Shown here: piece after piece, positions 55,341 to 64,000 of the stretch
Numbering within the stretch: position 1 is the first letter of the stretch
Layout: each line of letters opens with the position of its first letter
Assembly (NCBI GenBank): GCA_963978095.1
Contig: CAXBQP010000001.1
Location: 96,001 to 160,000, forward strand
Reading direction: 5' to 3'
Origin: an uncultured bacterium
GTDB taxonomy: Bacteria > Gemmatimonadota > Gemmatimonadetes > Gemmatimonadales > Gemmatimonadaceae
DNA: 64,000 nucleotides
Made by a program: the position numbers and the translations under genes
The notes under the pieces: model-generated
What the model was told of the DNA's origin: nothing
What the model saw: only the letters and a program-made list of their open reading frames with translations
The model's database searches: none

Positions 55341-56003
55341 GTGGATCGGGTGCGGCCATTCGAGGGTGCCTCCGACACGCTGTCGGCACAGCTGCGCGAC
55401 CGCACCAAGGACGCGCATCACGCCGCCGAACGCAGCGGCGTGATGGCGGCGTTGTTGCGCGGCCAGATGACGCGCAGCACCTACGCCCTGTTGCTGCGCA
55501 GCCTGCATCCGATCTATGACGCGCTCGAGCGGGGCCTGGCGAGCGCGGCGCACGATCCGTGGATCGCTCCGATCCACGCCCCGCGGGTCTGGCGCACGGC
55601 CGCCCTCGAGCGGGATCTGGTGTATTTCGCCGGCCCCGCGTGGGCTGCGTTGCCGATCGCGCCGGCGGCCATGGGTTACGCACAGCGGCTGGACGCGCTC
55701 CGGCGCGAGCACCCGGGGCAGCTCGTCGCCCACGCCTATGTCCGGTATCTCGGTGACCTCAATGGCGGACAGATCCTCGCCCGGGTGGTGCGAAAGGCGC
55801 TCGGGTTGACTGACGCGGCCGGGACGGCGTTCTACGAGTTCGCGGAGATCGACGACCTGCGCGCGGAGTCCGGCCGGTGGCGGGCCGCGCTGGACGCGGT
55901 GCCGGCCGACCTGGAAGGCCGCGCGCGCCTCGCCGACGAGGCACTCGTCGGGTTCGACTTGCACATCCGGATGTTCGCCGAGATCGCGGCGCTGGCAGCG
56001 TAG
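55341..56003 (+). CDS. bphO: Biliverdin-producing heme oxygenase
   Basis: LRDRTKDAHHAAE proximal His and AHAYVRYLGDLNGGQIL distal helix; adjacent to the phytochrome. Confidence 0.9.
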   Translation: MDRVRPFEGASDTLSAQLRDRTKDAHHAAERSGVMAALLRGQMTRSTYALLLRSLHPIYDALERGLASAAHDPWIAPIHAPRVWRTAALERDLVYFAGPAWAALPIAPAAMGYAQRLDALRREHPGQLVAHAYVRYLGDLNGGQILARVVRKALGLTDAAGTAFYEFAEIDDLRAESGRWRAALDAVPADLEGRARLADEALVGFDLHIRMFAEIAALAA

Positions 56004-56014
56004 GGCCGTCGGCG

Positions 56015-58216
56015 CTACGGCGCGCCGTCGGGACCGATGTAGCTCGACAGGATACTGGTCAGATGCGCGGCGTGCCGGGTGGAATCCTCCACTTCCCGCA
56101 GCAGCGGTGCGACGGAGGCCACCGTGACGGCGTCGGCGATCTCGCTCACGGCGACGCCCGCGTTGGCCCAGATGGCGGCCATGAGTCCCTGCAGGTCCGG
56201 GGGGAGATCGCGGGCGCCAGGGAGGGCCGGTTGCTGCGCGCGCAGAATTGCATGTTGGAGTCGCAGGCGCGCGGCCTCGGTCGCCTTCCGTGCGGTGAGG
56301 TCCGTCAGCATCACGATGAATCCGAGCGCCGTGCCGTGCGGGCCCGGGACTTGGTCGGCGCGCACGGCGACCGGCACCGACACGCCGTCGCCAGCCACGA
56401 GCGCGAGTTCGCCGCGCCACGGCCGTCGTTCGTTGCGGACGCCGTGCACCATCTGCAGGAACCGCTGGGGCTCCGTGAAATGCGGCGCGAGATCGACCAG
56501 CGATTCCCAGGCACGGTGCGGACGCCGGATCATGCCGCCGAGCGCATCGTTCGCGATCAGGATGCGACCGTTGGCGTCGGCGATGATGACCGGCTCGGTG
56601 GAGCGTTCGACCGCCGTACGCACGCGTTGGAGCTGGTTTTCGGCGATCAGGACGCGCACTGCGCGGATTTGCAGGATCAGATCCGTCAGTGAGGCTCCGA
56701 CGGCGCGCGCCAGCGCGAGCTCCCTCGGCTCCCAGGGCGACGCCGTGTCGCGCACGATCTGGTGCCACTCGGCGAACGAGCGGCGGGGTGACAGCTCCCG
56801 GGGATCGTTCCCCATGACCACCTTGTGGGGATCACCGCCCCAGACGACGTCGTGCAGCTGCTCCTTGCGGAACCACGCGAAATATTCGCCAGTGCCCGGC
56901 GCCAATTCGATGGCCAGCACGCCGCTCGCCAGCGGCGAGAGCGACGCCAGTCCGGGATTCAGCCGCGAGATGGCGTTGCTCTGAAAGAGCGAGCCATCGT
57001 TGCGTCCCTGCAGCCAGGCAAAGAGCGCGCGCAGTTCGACCGTGGAGGGGACATCGCCGGCCGTCATGAGTTCGCCCTCATACATGAGCGCGGCCCCGGT
57101 GGCGTCGAGCAGCTGCAGCAGATGGCGCGGATTGTCAAAGAGGGCGAGTCGCCAGTCGCCACCCTGCGCCGTCGCCTCGATGACGCGATGTTCCAAGCGA
57201 CGCACGAGTACCTCGGCCTGCGCCTCGGCAAAGTTCTCGAGGGCGGAGATCCGGGTCGAGATGACGTCCGAGAGCAAGTCGCAGGCCGCCCGGTACTCCC
57301 CCGAGACGATCTTGGGCGAGTAGTGGTGGCACGAGATGAGCCCCCAGAGCTTGCCGTCGTGCACCAGCGACGCGACCAGGGTCGCGGTCACCCCCATGTT
57401 CTTGAGGTACTGGAGGTGCACCGGTGACATGGAGCGCAGGGTACACATCGACATGTCCAGGTCCTCACCCGTCGCCGGTGCGAAGCGGGGGACGAGCGGC
57501 ACCGGCTGGTAGTGCACGTCGACGAGGAGGCGGACGCGATTGCGCAGATACAGGTCACGCGCGCGCTGGGGGATATCCGTGGCCGGATAGTGTCGTCCGA
57601 GAAAGGCCTCGAGGTGCGGCTCGCGGGCCTCGGCAATGATCTCGCCGTGGCCATCGGCGTCGAACCGATAGACCATCACGCGGTCATAGCCGGTCAGGTC
57701 GCGCAGCTCGCGGACGACCGTCTCGGCCAAGGCCGGAATCGCGTGGGCCGCACCGATGGCCTGGACCGCGTTGGTGAGGCGGTTGGCGAGCCCTGGGCTC
57801 TGGCGACGGACCGGACCTTCCTGGAACTGCTCCATCTCGATCGCGAGTCCCACCTTCGCGACGCGGTGGAGGTGGACGGTCGCGTGCATTGGGACGCCAC
57901 GGACGGTGACGTTGCACCCCATCGGGACCGGGGCGACGAGGGGGTCGCCGCTGGCCAGGACGGCGCGGATTCGGTCGACCAGGTCGCCTCCGAGGACCGT
58001 CAGCGACTGCCCGAGCAGGGTATCGAGGGGGATCCCCAGCAGGTCCGCGGCATTGGCGGAGGCTTGGTCGATCCGCAGCGAGGGCTCCCCGACCACGAGC
58101 AGCAGCCCGTGCGGCTGCACCGAGGCCGCGAGATGGATCAGCTCGCGCTCGCAGTTGGTGAGGTTCGCGCTACCGAAGGCGGGCTGTTCGAGGGGCCGTT
58201 CGAGGGGCTGTTCCAC
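56015..58216 (-). CDS. bphP: Bacteriophytochrome, PAS-GAF-PHY-PAS plus short helical tail, no histidine kinase (BphP1-like)
   Basis: N-terminal LTNCERE Cys, DRVMVYRF, PATDIP, SPVHLQY and LSPRRSF tongue; C-terminal PAS with no H-box or ATPase motifs. Confidence 0.93.
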   Translation of the reverse strand: MEQPLERPLEQPAFGSANLTNCERELIHLAASVQPHGLLLVVGEPSLRIDQASANAADLLGIPLDTLLGQSLTVLGGDLVDRIRAVLASGDPLVAPVPMGCNVTVRGVPMHATVHLHRVAKVGLAIEMEQFQEGPVRRQSPGLANRLTNAVQAIGAAHAIPALAETVVRELRDLTGYDRVMVYRFDADGHGEIIAEAREPHLEAFLGRHYPATDIPQRARDLYLRNRVRLLVDVHYQPVPLVPRFAPATGEDLDMSMCTLRSMSPVHLQYLKNMGVTATLVASLVHDGKLWGLISCHHYSPKIVSGEYRAACDLLSDVISTRISALENFAEAQAEVLVRRLEHRVIEATAQGGDWRLALFDNPRHLLQLLDATGAALMYEGELMTAGDVPSTVELRALFAWLQGRNDGSLFQSNAISRLNPGLASLSPLASGVLAIELAPGTGEYFAWFRKEQLHDVVWGGDPHKVVMGNDPRELSPRRSFAEWHQIVRDTASPWEPRELALARAVGASLTDLILQIRAVRVLIAENQLQRVRTAVERSTEPVIIADANGRILIANDALGGMIRRPHRAWESLVDLAPHFTEPQRFLQMVHGVRNERRPWRGELALVAGDGVSVPVAVRADQVPGPHGTALGFIVMLTDLTARKATEAARLRLQHAILRAQQPALPGARDLPPDLQGLMAAIWANAGVAVSEIADAVTVASVAPLLREVEDSTRHAAHLTSILSSYIGPDGAP

Positions 58217-58320
58217 GGGGATCCTGACCAGGAGGGGGGCCGCTGACGCCCCATATATGCAGGGCGGCCCCGCTTGTCGTAAGTACCCGTCCCGCTATTA
58301 GTTTGTGGGAGCCCGACGAG

Positions 58321-58377
58321 TGTCAGGGAGACTAGACGACAAGCCCCCGTGACAGTTGCTGTTCCAGCCCCTATATT
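58321..58377. promoter_or_regulatory. Near-consensus PpsR box and hemC promoter in the bphP/hemC divergent region
   Basis: TGTCAGGGAGACTAGACG (58321-58338, 1 mismatch); GTGACA-N17-TATATT just upstream of the hemC ATG. Confidence 0.55.
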
Positions 58378-58386
58378 CGCACCATA

Positions 58387-59352
58387 ATGGCTGAACCGAC
58401 ACGCAGGACGCAGGACGCTGAGGACACGCGTCGACTCGTAATCGGCACACGCGCCAGCAAGCTCGCGTTGTGGCAGACGGAGCATGTCCGGTCCCTGCTG
58501 CTCGCGCGCAACCCGGGCCTCGACATCGAGTATACGCGCATCACCACGAAGGGCGATGCGATCACCGATCGTCCGTTGGCCGAGATCGGGCGCAACTCGT
58601 TGTTCGTCGCCGAAATCGAGGATGCGTTGCGTGAGGGGCGCATCCGCTTCGCGGTGCACAGTGCGAAGGATCTGCCATCGACGCTCGCGCCGGACATGTC
58701 GATCGGGGCTTTTCTGACGCGTGCGGACGCGCGCGACGTGCTCGTTTCGGCCGGACACGTACCGTTCGATCGACTGCCCCATGGCGCACGGGTGGGCACG
58801 AGCAGCCCGCGGCGCAACTGCCAGCTGCGTGCGTGGCGGAACGACCTGCGGTTGGTGGATATCCGCGGCAACGTGGATACCCGACTCGAGAAGTTGCACC
58901 GCGGGGAATACGACGCGATCGTGCTCGCGGCGGCGGGGCTGGAGCGCTTGGGGCTCTCCTCGGTCGTCACCGAGTATTTCGCGGTGGACGCCATGATCCC
59001 GGCGGTGGCGCAAGGCGCGCTCGCCGTGGAGATTCGTGCGGGCGATGCGGAAGCCGCGGCGCTGATCGGCGCCCTGGACGACCCGACGACGTCGGTCGCG
59101 GTGCGTGCCGAGCGGGCATTTTTGGCGGCCATGGGCGCCGGGTGCAATGCGCCGCTCGGAGCGCACGCTCGCGTGAGCGGGAATCACCTGACGGTCTCCG
59201 CGCTGATCGGGTCCTCCGACGGGACGCTTCTCACGGCAGAAGCCCGCGGATCGCTGGACGAGGCGGAATCCCTCGGCGAGCAACTGGCGCAGCGTCTGAC
59301 CGCCGATGGCGGCTCGGTGTTGCTTCAGGGCGTAGCCCGAACTCACGGCTGA
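58387..59352 (+). CDS. hemC: Hydroxymethylbilane synthase
   Basis: IGTRASKLALWQ, AVHSAKDLP, GTSSPRR and IRGNVDTRL motifs. Confidence 0.96.
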   Translation: MAEPTRRTQDAEDTRRLVIGTRASKLALWQTEHVRSLLLARNPGLDIEYTRITTKGDAITDRPLAEIGRNSLFVAEIEDALREGRIRFAVHSAKDLPSTLAPDMSIGAFLTRADARDVLVSAGHVPFDRLPHGARVGTSSPRRNCQLRAWRNDLRLVDIRGNVDTRLEKLHRGEYDAIVLAAAGLERLGLSSVVTEYFAVDAMIPAVAQGALAVEIRAGDAEAAALIGALDDPTTSVAVRAERAFLAAMGAGCNAPLGAHARVSGNHLTVSALIGSSDGTLLTAEARGSLDEAESLGEQLAQRLTADGGSVLLQGVARTHG

Positions 59353-59353
59353 T

Positions 59354-60178
59354 ATGGAACCGGCCGCGGCTTCCCTGCAACCACTCGTCGGGCGACGCAT
59401 CGTCGTCACCCGCCCCGCGGCGCAGGCGTCGCGCCTCATCGACCAGCTGCGGGCCGGGGGCGCACGCCCGATCGCCTGTCCGGCGATCGCGACCATCGAG
59501 CCCGAGAGCTGGGATCCACTCGATGCCGCGTTGCGCGCGCTCGGCCGGTACCGCTGGGTGCTGTACACCAGTGCGAATGCGGTCGAGTCCGTGGCGTCCC
59601 GTCTTGCGGTGCTGCACCAGCGCGGGGGATCGGGCGACGCGGGGGCCGCGTCGATCGCGGCCGTGGGACGCGCGACGCGCGATGCCGTCACGGCACAGGG
59701 GTGGCGGTGCGAGTTCGTCCCATCGCGGGCGGACGGCGATTCCCTTGCCCGCGAGCTTCCCGTGGCGATCGGCGATCATGTCCTCTGGCCCCGGGCCGAC
59801 ATCGCGCGCTCCGGCCCCGTGGAGCGCTTGCGGGCGCGCGGCGCCGTGGTGGATGTCGTCGAAGCGTATCGTACCGTCCGGGACCCCGCCTTGAGCGAAG
59901 TGGTGTGCGCACTCCAGGGCCATCAGGTCGACGCCCTGACCTTCGCGAGTCCGTCCGCAGTGCGTAACTTCATGGCGGCCCTCCGCGATGCCGGCGTCCG
60001 TCCGGAGTGGCTGACCGAGCAGGGGCCGGTCGTGGCCTCGATCGGCCCGGTGACCTCAGCGGCCGTGCGCGACGTCGGGTTGACTGTGCACGCGGAATCG
60101 ACCTCGGCGGATGACGACGGCGTTGTGCACGCTCTGAGCCGATGGTTCGCGGAGCACGCCGTTCCCTACTGGAGATGA
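59354..60178 (+). CDS. hemD: Uroporphyrinogen-III synthase
   Basis: IVVTRP, YTSANAV, FASPSAV and SIGPVTS motifs. Confidence 0.92.
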   Translation: MEPAAASLQPLVGRRIVVTRPAAQASRLIDQLRAGGARPIACPAIATIEPESWDPLDAALRALGRYRWVLYTSANAVESVASRLAVLHQRGGSGDAGAASIAAVGRATRDAVTAQGWRCEFVPSRADGDSLARELPVAIGDHVLWPRADIARSGPVERLRARGAVVDVVEAYRTVRDPALSEVVCALQGHQVDALTFASPSAVRNFMAALRDAGVRPEWLTEQGPVVASIGPVTSAAVRDVGLTVHAESTSADDDGVVHALSRWFAEHAVPYWR

Positions 60179-61191
60179 CGATGGGTGACACCGTACGTGA
60201 GCAGCAGATGGCGCCCGGAGCGGTTCGGATGCGCCGCCTGCGTCGGACGAGCGCGCTCCGCGCCTTGGTGCGCGAGACGCCACTCGCCGTTGCCGACTTC
60301 ATTCATCCGCTGTTCATCACCGCCGGCTCCGCCTTCGAGAAACCCATCGAGACGATGCCTGGCCACTCGCAGCGGTCGGTGGATCGTCTGGATGCCGAAA
60401 TCGACGAACTGGTGGCGCTGGGCATCCCGTCGGTGTTGCTGTTCGGAATCCCGGCCGCAAAGGACGCGCGGGGGACGTCGGCCTACGATCCGGACGGTCC
60501 GGTCCCTCGGGCCACCCGCGCCATCAAGGCCCGCGCGCCGGAGATGATCGTCATCGCCGACGTGTGCCTCTGTGAATACACGAGTCATGGGCACTGCGGC
60601 GTCTTGGTGGACGAATCGGGCGATGTACGCAACGACGAGACGCTCGAACTGCTCGGACGCGCATCGGTGGCGTATGCGGATGCGGGGGCCGACGTGATCG
60701 CCCCCAGTGCGATGATGGACTTTCAAGTGGCGGCCATCCGTCGGGCCCTCGATGCCGCCGGACACGCACACATTCCGATCCTGAGTTACGCCGCCAAGTA
60801 TTCCTCGGCGTTCTACGGACCTTTCCGTGCGGCCGCCGAGAGCACACCGAGCTTCGGCGACCGTCGTGCGTACCAGATGGATCCCGCCAACACGCGCGAA
60901 GCGATGCGCGAAGTGGAACTTGACGTTGCCGAAGGCGCGGACATGCTCATGGTGAAACCCGCCGGCGCGTATCTGGACATCATCCGCCAGGTGCGTGACC
61001 GGTGGGGACATCCCTTGGTCGCCTATCAAGTGAGTGGCGAATACGCGATGCTCAAAGCCGCCGCGCGCCTCGGATGGATCGACGAACGGCGCGCCGCACT
61101 GGAATCGCTGGTCGCGATCCGACGCGCGGGTGCGGATGCGATCATCACCTACTATGCAAAAGAGGCAGCCGCATGGCTGGCGGATCAGTGA
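60175..61191 (+). CDS. hemB: Porphobilinogen synthase
   Basis: [27 protein letters not shown] and AYQVSGEY motifs. Start at 60175 or 60181. Confidence 0.96.
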   Translation: MTMGDTVREQQMAPGAVRMRRLRRTSALRALVRETPLAVADFIHPLFITAGSAFEKPIETMPGHSQRSVDRLDAEIDELVALGIPSVLLFGIPAAKDARGTSAYDPDGPVPRATRAIKARAPEMIVIADVCLCEYTSHGHCGVLVDESGDVRNDETLELLGRASVAYADAGADVIAPSAMMDFQVAAIRRALDAAGHAHIPILSYAAKYSSAFYGPFRAAAESTPSFGDRRAYQMDPANTREAMREVELDVAEGADMLMVKPAGAYLDIIRQVRDRWGHPLVAYQVSGEYAMLKAAARLGWIDERRAALESLVAIRRAGADAIITYYAKEAAAWLADQ

Positions 61192-62492
61192 GCGATTCGG
61201 TGGAGGCCCACACGCGCACGAGCGCGTCCCTCTTCGCGGCGGCCCAGCGGGTGATTCCCGGCGGCGTGAACAGTCCGGTCCGTGCATTTCGCAGCGTTGG
61301 CGGGACGCCGCGCTTCATCGCCGAGGCGGCGGGCGCGTGGCTGATCGATGAAGATGGCAATCACTTCGTGGACTACGTGCTGAGTTGGGGACCGATGATC
61401 CTGGGGCACGCGCACCCGGATGTGATCGCCGCCATCAGCCATCAGGCTGCGAAGGGGACCTCCTACGGCGCGCCGACGGCCCTCGAGACCACGCTGGCGG
61501 AGATGGTGATCGCGATGGTGCCGTCCGTGGAGATGGTGCGCTTCGTTTCGAGCGGGACGGAAGCGACGATGAGCGCCGTGCGCCTGGCGCGGGCCTTCAC
61601 GGGGCGCAGCAAGGTGCTCAAGTTCGCCGGCTGCTACCACGGTCATGCCGACGCGTTCCTGGTGCAAGCGGGTTCCGGCGTGGCAACGCTCGGACTGCCC
61701 GACAGCCCGGGTGTGACCGCCGGGACCGTGGCGGACACGCTGACCTGCGCCTACAACGACCTCGCCGCTGCCACGACGATCGCCGAGGCACATGCCGACG
61801 CGCTCGCGGCCATCATCGTGGAGCCCGTCGTGGGGAACATGGGCTTGGTCCAGCCGCTCCCGGGCTACCTCGAGGGGTTACGTGCGCTGGCCACGCGACT
61901 CGGCGCGGTCCTGATCTTCGACGAAGTGATGACCGGCTTCCGTGTCGCGGCGGGCGGGGCGCAAGCGCATTACGGCATCACGCCGGACCTCACGTGCTTG
62001 GGCAAGGTGATCGGTGGCGGGCTGCCGGTGGCCGCGTACGGGGGACGGCGAGACATCATGGCGGCAGTCGCCCCATCGGGGAAGATGTACCAGGCGGGAA
62101 CGCTGTCGGGCAATCCGATTGCGATGGCGGCGGGGATCGCGACACTCCGCGAGCTGCAGGCGCCGAACCGCTATGCGTCGCTGACGGCGACCGCCGAGCA
62201 GGTGGTCGACGTCGTGCGCACGGCCGGCGCGCGGCATGGTGTGCCCGTGACGGCTGGGAACGTGGGGAGCATGTGGGGCTTCTTCCTGTGTGCCGGTCCC
62301 GTGACCGACTACGAGAGCGCGAAGCACGCGGACACGACGAAGTACGCCACCCTCTTCCACACGCTCCTCGAACACGGGGTGTACGTCGCACCGTCACAGT
62401 TCGAGGCGGCGTTCGTGAGCACCTGCCACGGCGCGCGGGAGTTGTCAGTGACCGCCGCGGCCTTCGATGCGGCGTTCGCGGCGATCAGCTGA
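61188..62492 (+). CDS. hemL: Glutamate-1-semialdehyde 2,1-aminomutase
   Basis: [31 protein letters not shown] and GKVIGGGLP motifs. Confidence 0.97.
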   Translation: MSDSVEAHTRTSASLFAAAQRVIPGGVNSPVRAFRSVGGTPRFIAEAAGAWLIDEDGNHFVDYVLSWGPMILGHAHPDVIAAISHQAAKGTSYGAPTALETTLAEMVIAMVPSVEMVRFVSSGTEATMSAVRLARAFTGRSKVLKFAGCYHGHADAFLVQAGSGVATLGLPDSPGVTAGTVADTLTCAYNDLAAATTIAEAHADALAAIIVEPVVGNMGLVQPLPGYLEGLRALATRLGAVLIFDEVMTGFRVAAGGAQAHYGITPDLTCLGKVIGGGLPVAAYGGRRDIMAAVAPSGKMYQAGTLSGNPIAMAAGIATLRELQAPNRYASLTATAEQVVDVVRTAGARHGVPVTAGNVGSMWGFFLCAGPVTDYESAKHADTTKYATLFHTLLEHGVYVAPSQFEAAFVSTCHGARELSVTAAAFDAAFAAIS

Positions 62493-62511
62493 CCGCGCGG
62501 CGTGACGTCGA

Positions 62512-63972
62512 TCAGTTGACGATCGGCCGCGCCAGGCTCTTCACGAGGCGGTACATGAACTCGTTGGCGTCGTAGAACGCGCGCTGCGGGATGTGTTCGT
62601 TCATCCCGTGCGCGTTGGAGTCGCCGTAGAACTGGCCACTGACGCCGAAGGTCGGAATGCCCACGTTGCGCAGATAGGAGCCATCGGTCGCGCCGGTGCT
62701 CATGGTGGGAATCACGCCGACGCCGGGCCACATCTCCTGCGTGATGCGATCGAGTTCACGCATCAGGGCCGGAGACGCCACGGTCGCGGGGCTGTTGCGC
62801 GCCGCGTTGCCGATCGTGACCACGACCTTGGGATCGCCGATCACTTTGGTGATCGTCGCGATGATGTCCTTGGTCTCGGCATCGGGCAGGATCCGGCAGT
62901 TCACATTCGCCTTGGCGCGCTGCGGCAGCGCATTCTTCGCGTGGCCGCCTTCGATCGTAGTGGCGACGCAGGTCGAACGCATGGTCGAGTTGTATCGCGG
63001 ATCGGCGGCCAAGGCCGCGGCGGCCGCGACATCCGTCTCGTTCTCGGCGATCGCCGTCATGGCCCAGCCGATCGTGGGATCGACGAGCGACGCCGACCGG
63101 CGGAAATATTCGCGGGTGATGTCGTTGAGGTGCACCGGGAAATCGAACGCCCCGATCTTGACGAGCGCGTTGGAAAGATGGGTGATGGCGTTGTCCTTCA
63201 CCGGGACCGAGCTGTGGCCGCCAGGATTGGTGCTTTCGAGCGTGATGTTCAGGACCTTCTTCTCGGCTGCCTGGATGTCGTGGGACACGAACTTGCCGTC
63301 CTTCACGCGCCCACCGCCCCCTTCATTCAGCGCGTACTCCGCCTCGAGCAGCTTGGGTCGGTTCTTCAGGATCCAATCGACGCCGTTGTTGGGGCCCCCT
63401 TCTTCATCGGTGGTCAGCGCCACGACGATGTCGCGCTCCGGGACGAAGCCCTCGGCCTTGAGGCGCATGAGCAGGGCGAGGTTGATGGCGCCATCGTCCT
63501 TGTCGTCCGAGACGCCGCGGCCGTAGAAGGTGCTGTCCTTCTCGACGAAGGTGAACGGGGGCAGGGTCCAGTCTTCCGGCTTCGCTTCGACCACGTCGAG
63601 GTGCGAGAGCAACATGATCGGTTTCTTGGTGGCCGGTTTGCCGTGGAGCCGGGCGATCAGGTTGCCTTTGCGTGGGGCGTTTTCGACGACCACCACATCC
63701 GAGTCGGGGAATCCGGCCCGCTTGAGGCGCGCGGCCATCGCTTTCGCCGCCACCAACGAACTGCCGTTGCTCTCCTGCGTATTGATTTCAATCAACTCCT
63801 TGAAGAGATCGTGGGCGAGCGTGTCCCACTTGGTCAGGACGCGCTTGCCGGCAGGCGCCTGCGCGGCCAGCGGAGCGGCCAGCGGCGCCGCGAAGCCAAC
63901 GGCGACGACAACGGCGGTGGCCAGCGCACGCAGCGGCTGGCAAGACAGTCGGTCGAGGAAGCGGGTACGCAT
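62512..63972 (-). CDS. Secreted M20/M25/M40 family metallo-hydrolase
   Basis: Signal peptide; SHLDVV, GRGVSDDK, DEE and AHGMNE motifs. Confidence 0.9.
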   Translation of the reverse strand: MRTRFLDRLSCQPLRALATAVVVAVGFAAPLAAPLAAQAPAGKRVLTKWDTLAHDLFKELIEINTQESNGSSLVAAKAMAARLKRAGFPDSDVVVVENAPRKGNLIARLHGKPATKKPIMLLSHLDVVEAKPEDWTLPPFTFVEKDSTFYGRGVSDDKDDGAINLALLMRLKAEGFVPERDIVVALTTDEEGGPNNGVDWILKNRPKLLEAEYALNEGGGGRVKDGKFVSHDIQAAEKKVLNITLESTNPGGHSSVPVKDNAITHLSNALVKIGAFDFPVHLNDITREYFRRSASLVDPTIGWAMTAIAENETDVAAAAALAADPRYNSTMRSTCVATTIEGGHAKNALPQRAKANVNCRILPDAETKDIIATITKVIGDPKVVVTIGNAARNSPATVASPALMRELDRITQEMWPGVGVIPTMSTGATDGSYLRNVGIPTFGVSGQFYGDSNAHGMNEHIPQRAFYDANEFMYRLVKSLARPIVN

Positions 63973-64000
63973 CGGGACAACCTCACAGGGGGAGAAGCGT

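Noticed and set aside
58182..58213. 12-nt tandem repeat at the bphP start (EQPLERPLEQP)
   Set aside because: Short, in frame and in a probably disordered N-terminus; no evidence of phase variation.

Overview
High-GC bacterial window dominated by a complete, roughly 47 kb type-II anoxygenic photosynthesis gene cluster (PGC; about 15,318-62,492). The antenna peptide sequences, split H subunit and gene order point to a phototrophic Gemmatimonadota (Gemmatimonas-like) host; this is inference, not a database result. Order: puhE-bchD-bchI (-), crtF-bchCXYZ (+), bchO (-), pufB-pufA(outer-ring type)-pufA(LH1)-pufL-pufM-pufC (+), puhC-puhB-puhA2-puhA1-lhaA-acsF-bciE-like-bchM-bchL-bchH-bchB-bchN-bchF (-), aerR-ppsR (+), bchG-pucC-like-bciB-bchP-tspO-hemA-hemE-hemF-heme oxygenase (+), kinase-less bacteriophytochrome (-), hemC-hemD-hemB-hemL (+). 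Two antenna genes (pufB and the first alpha) are too short for the ORF track and were read by hand. PpsR boxes (TGT-N12-ACA, some with one mismatch) occur as pairs at four promoter regions, plus one imperfect box before hemC. The most interesting inferred system is a BphP1-like photoreceptor plus a PpsR lacking the usual HTH redox cysteine, plus a PpsR-boxed operon that carries both the C5 tetrapyrrole trunk and the biliverdin-making enzyme, which could form a light-driven positive feedback loop. The left 15 kb holds a Tat-exported GMC oxidoreductase/TIM-barrel module, msrAB, a DEAD-box helicase and a sensor-less two-component system. No rRNA, tRNA, CRISPR or mobile element was recognised.
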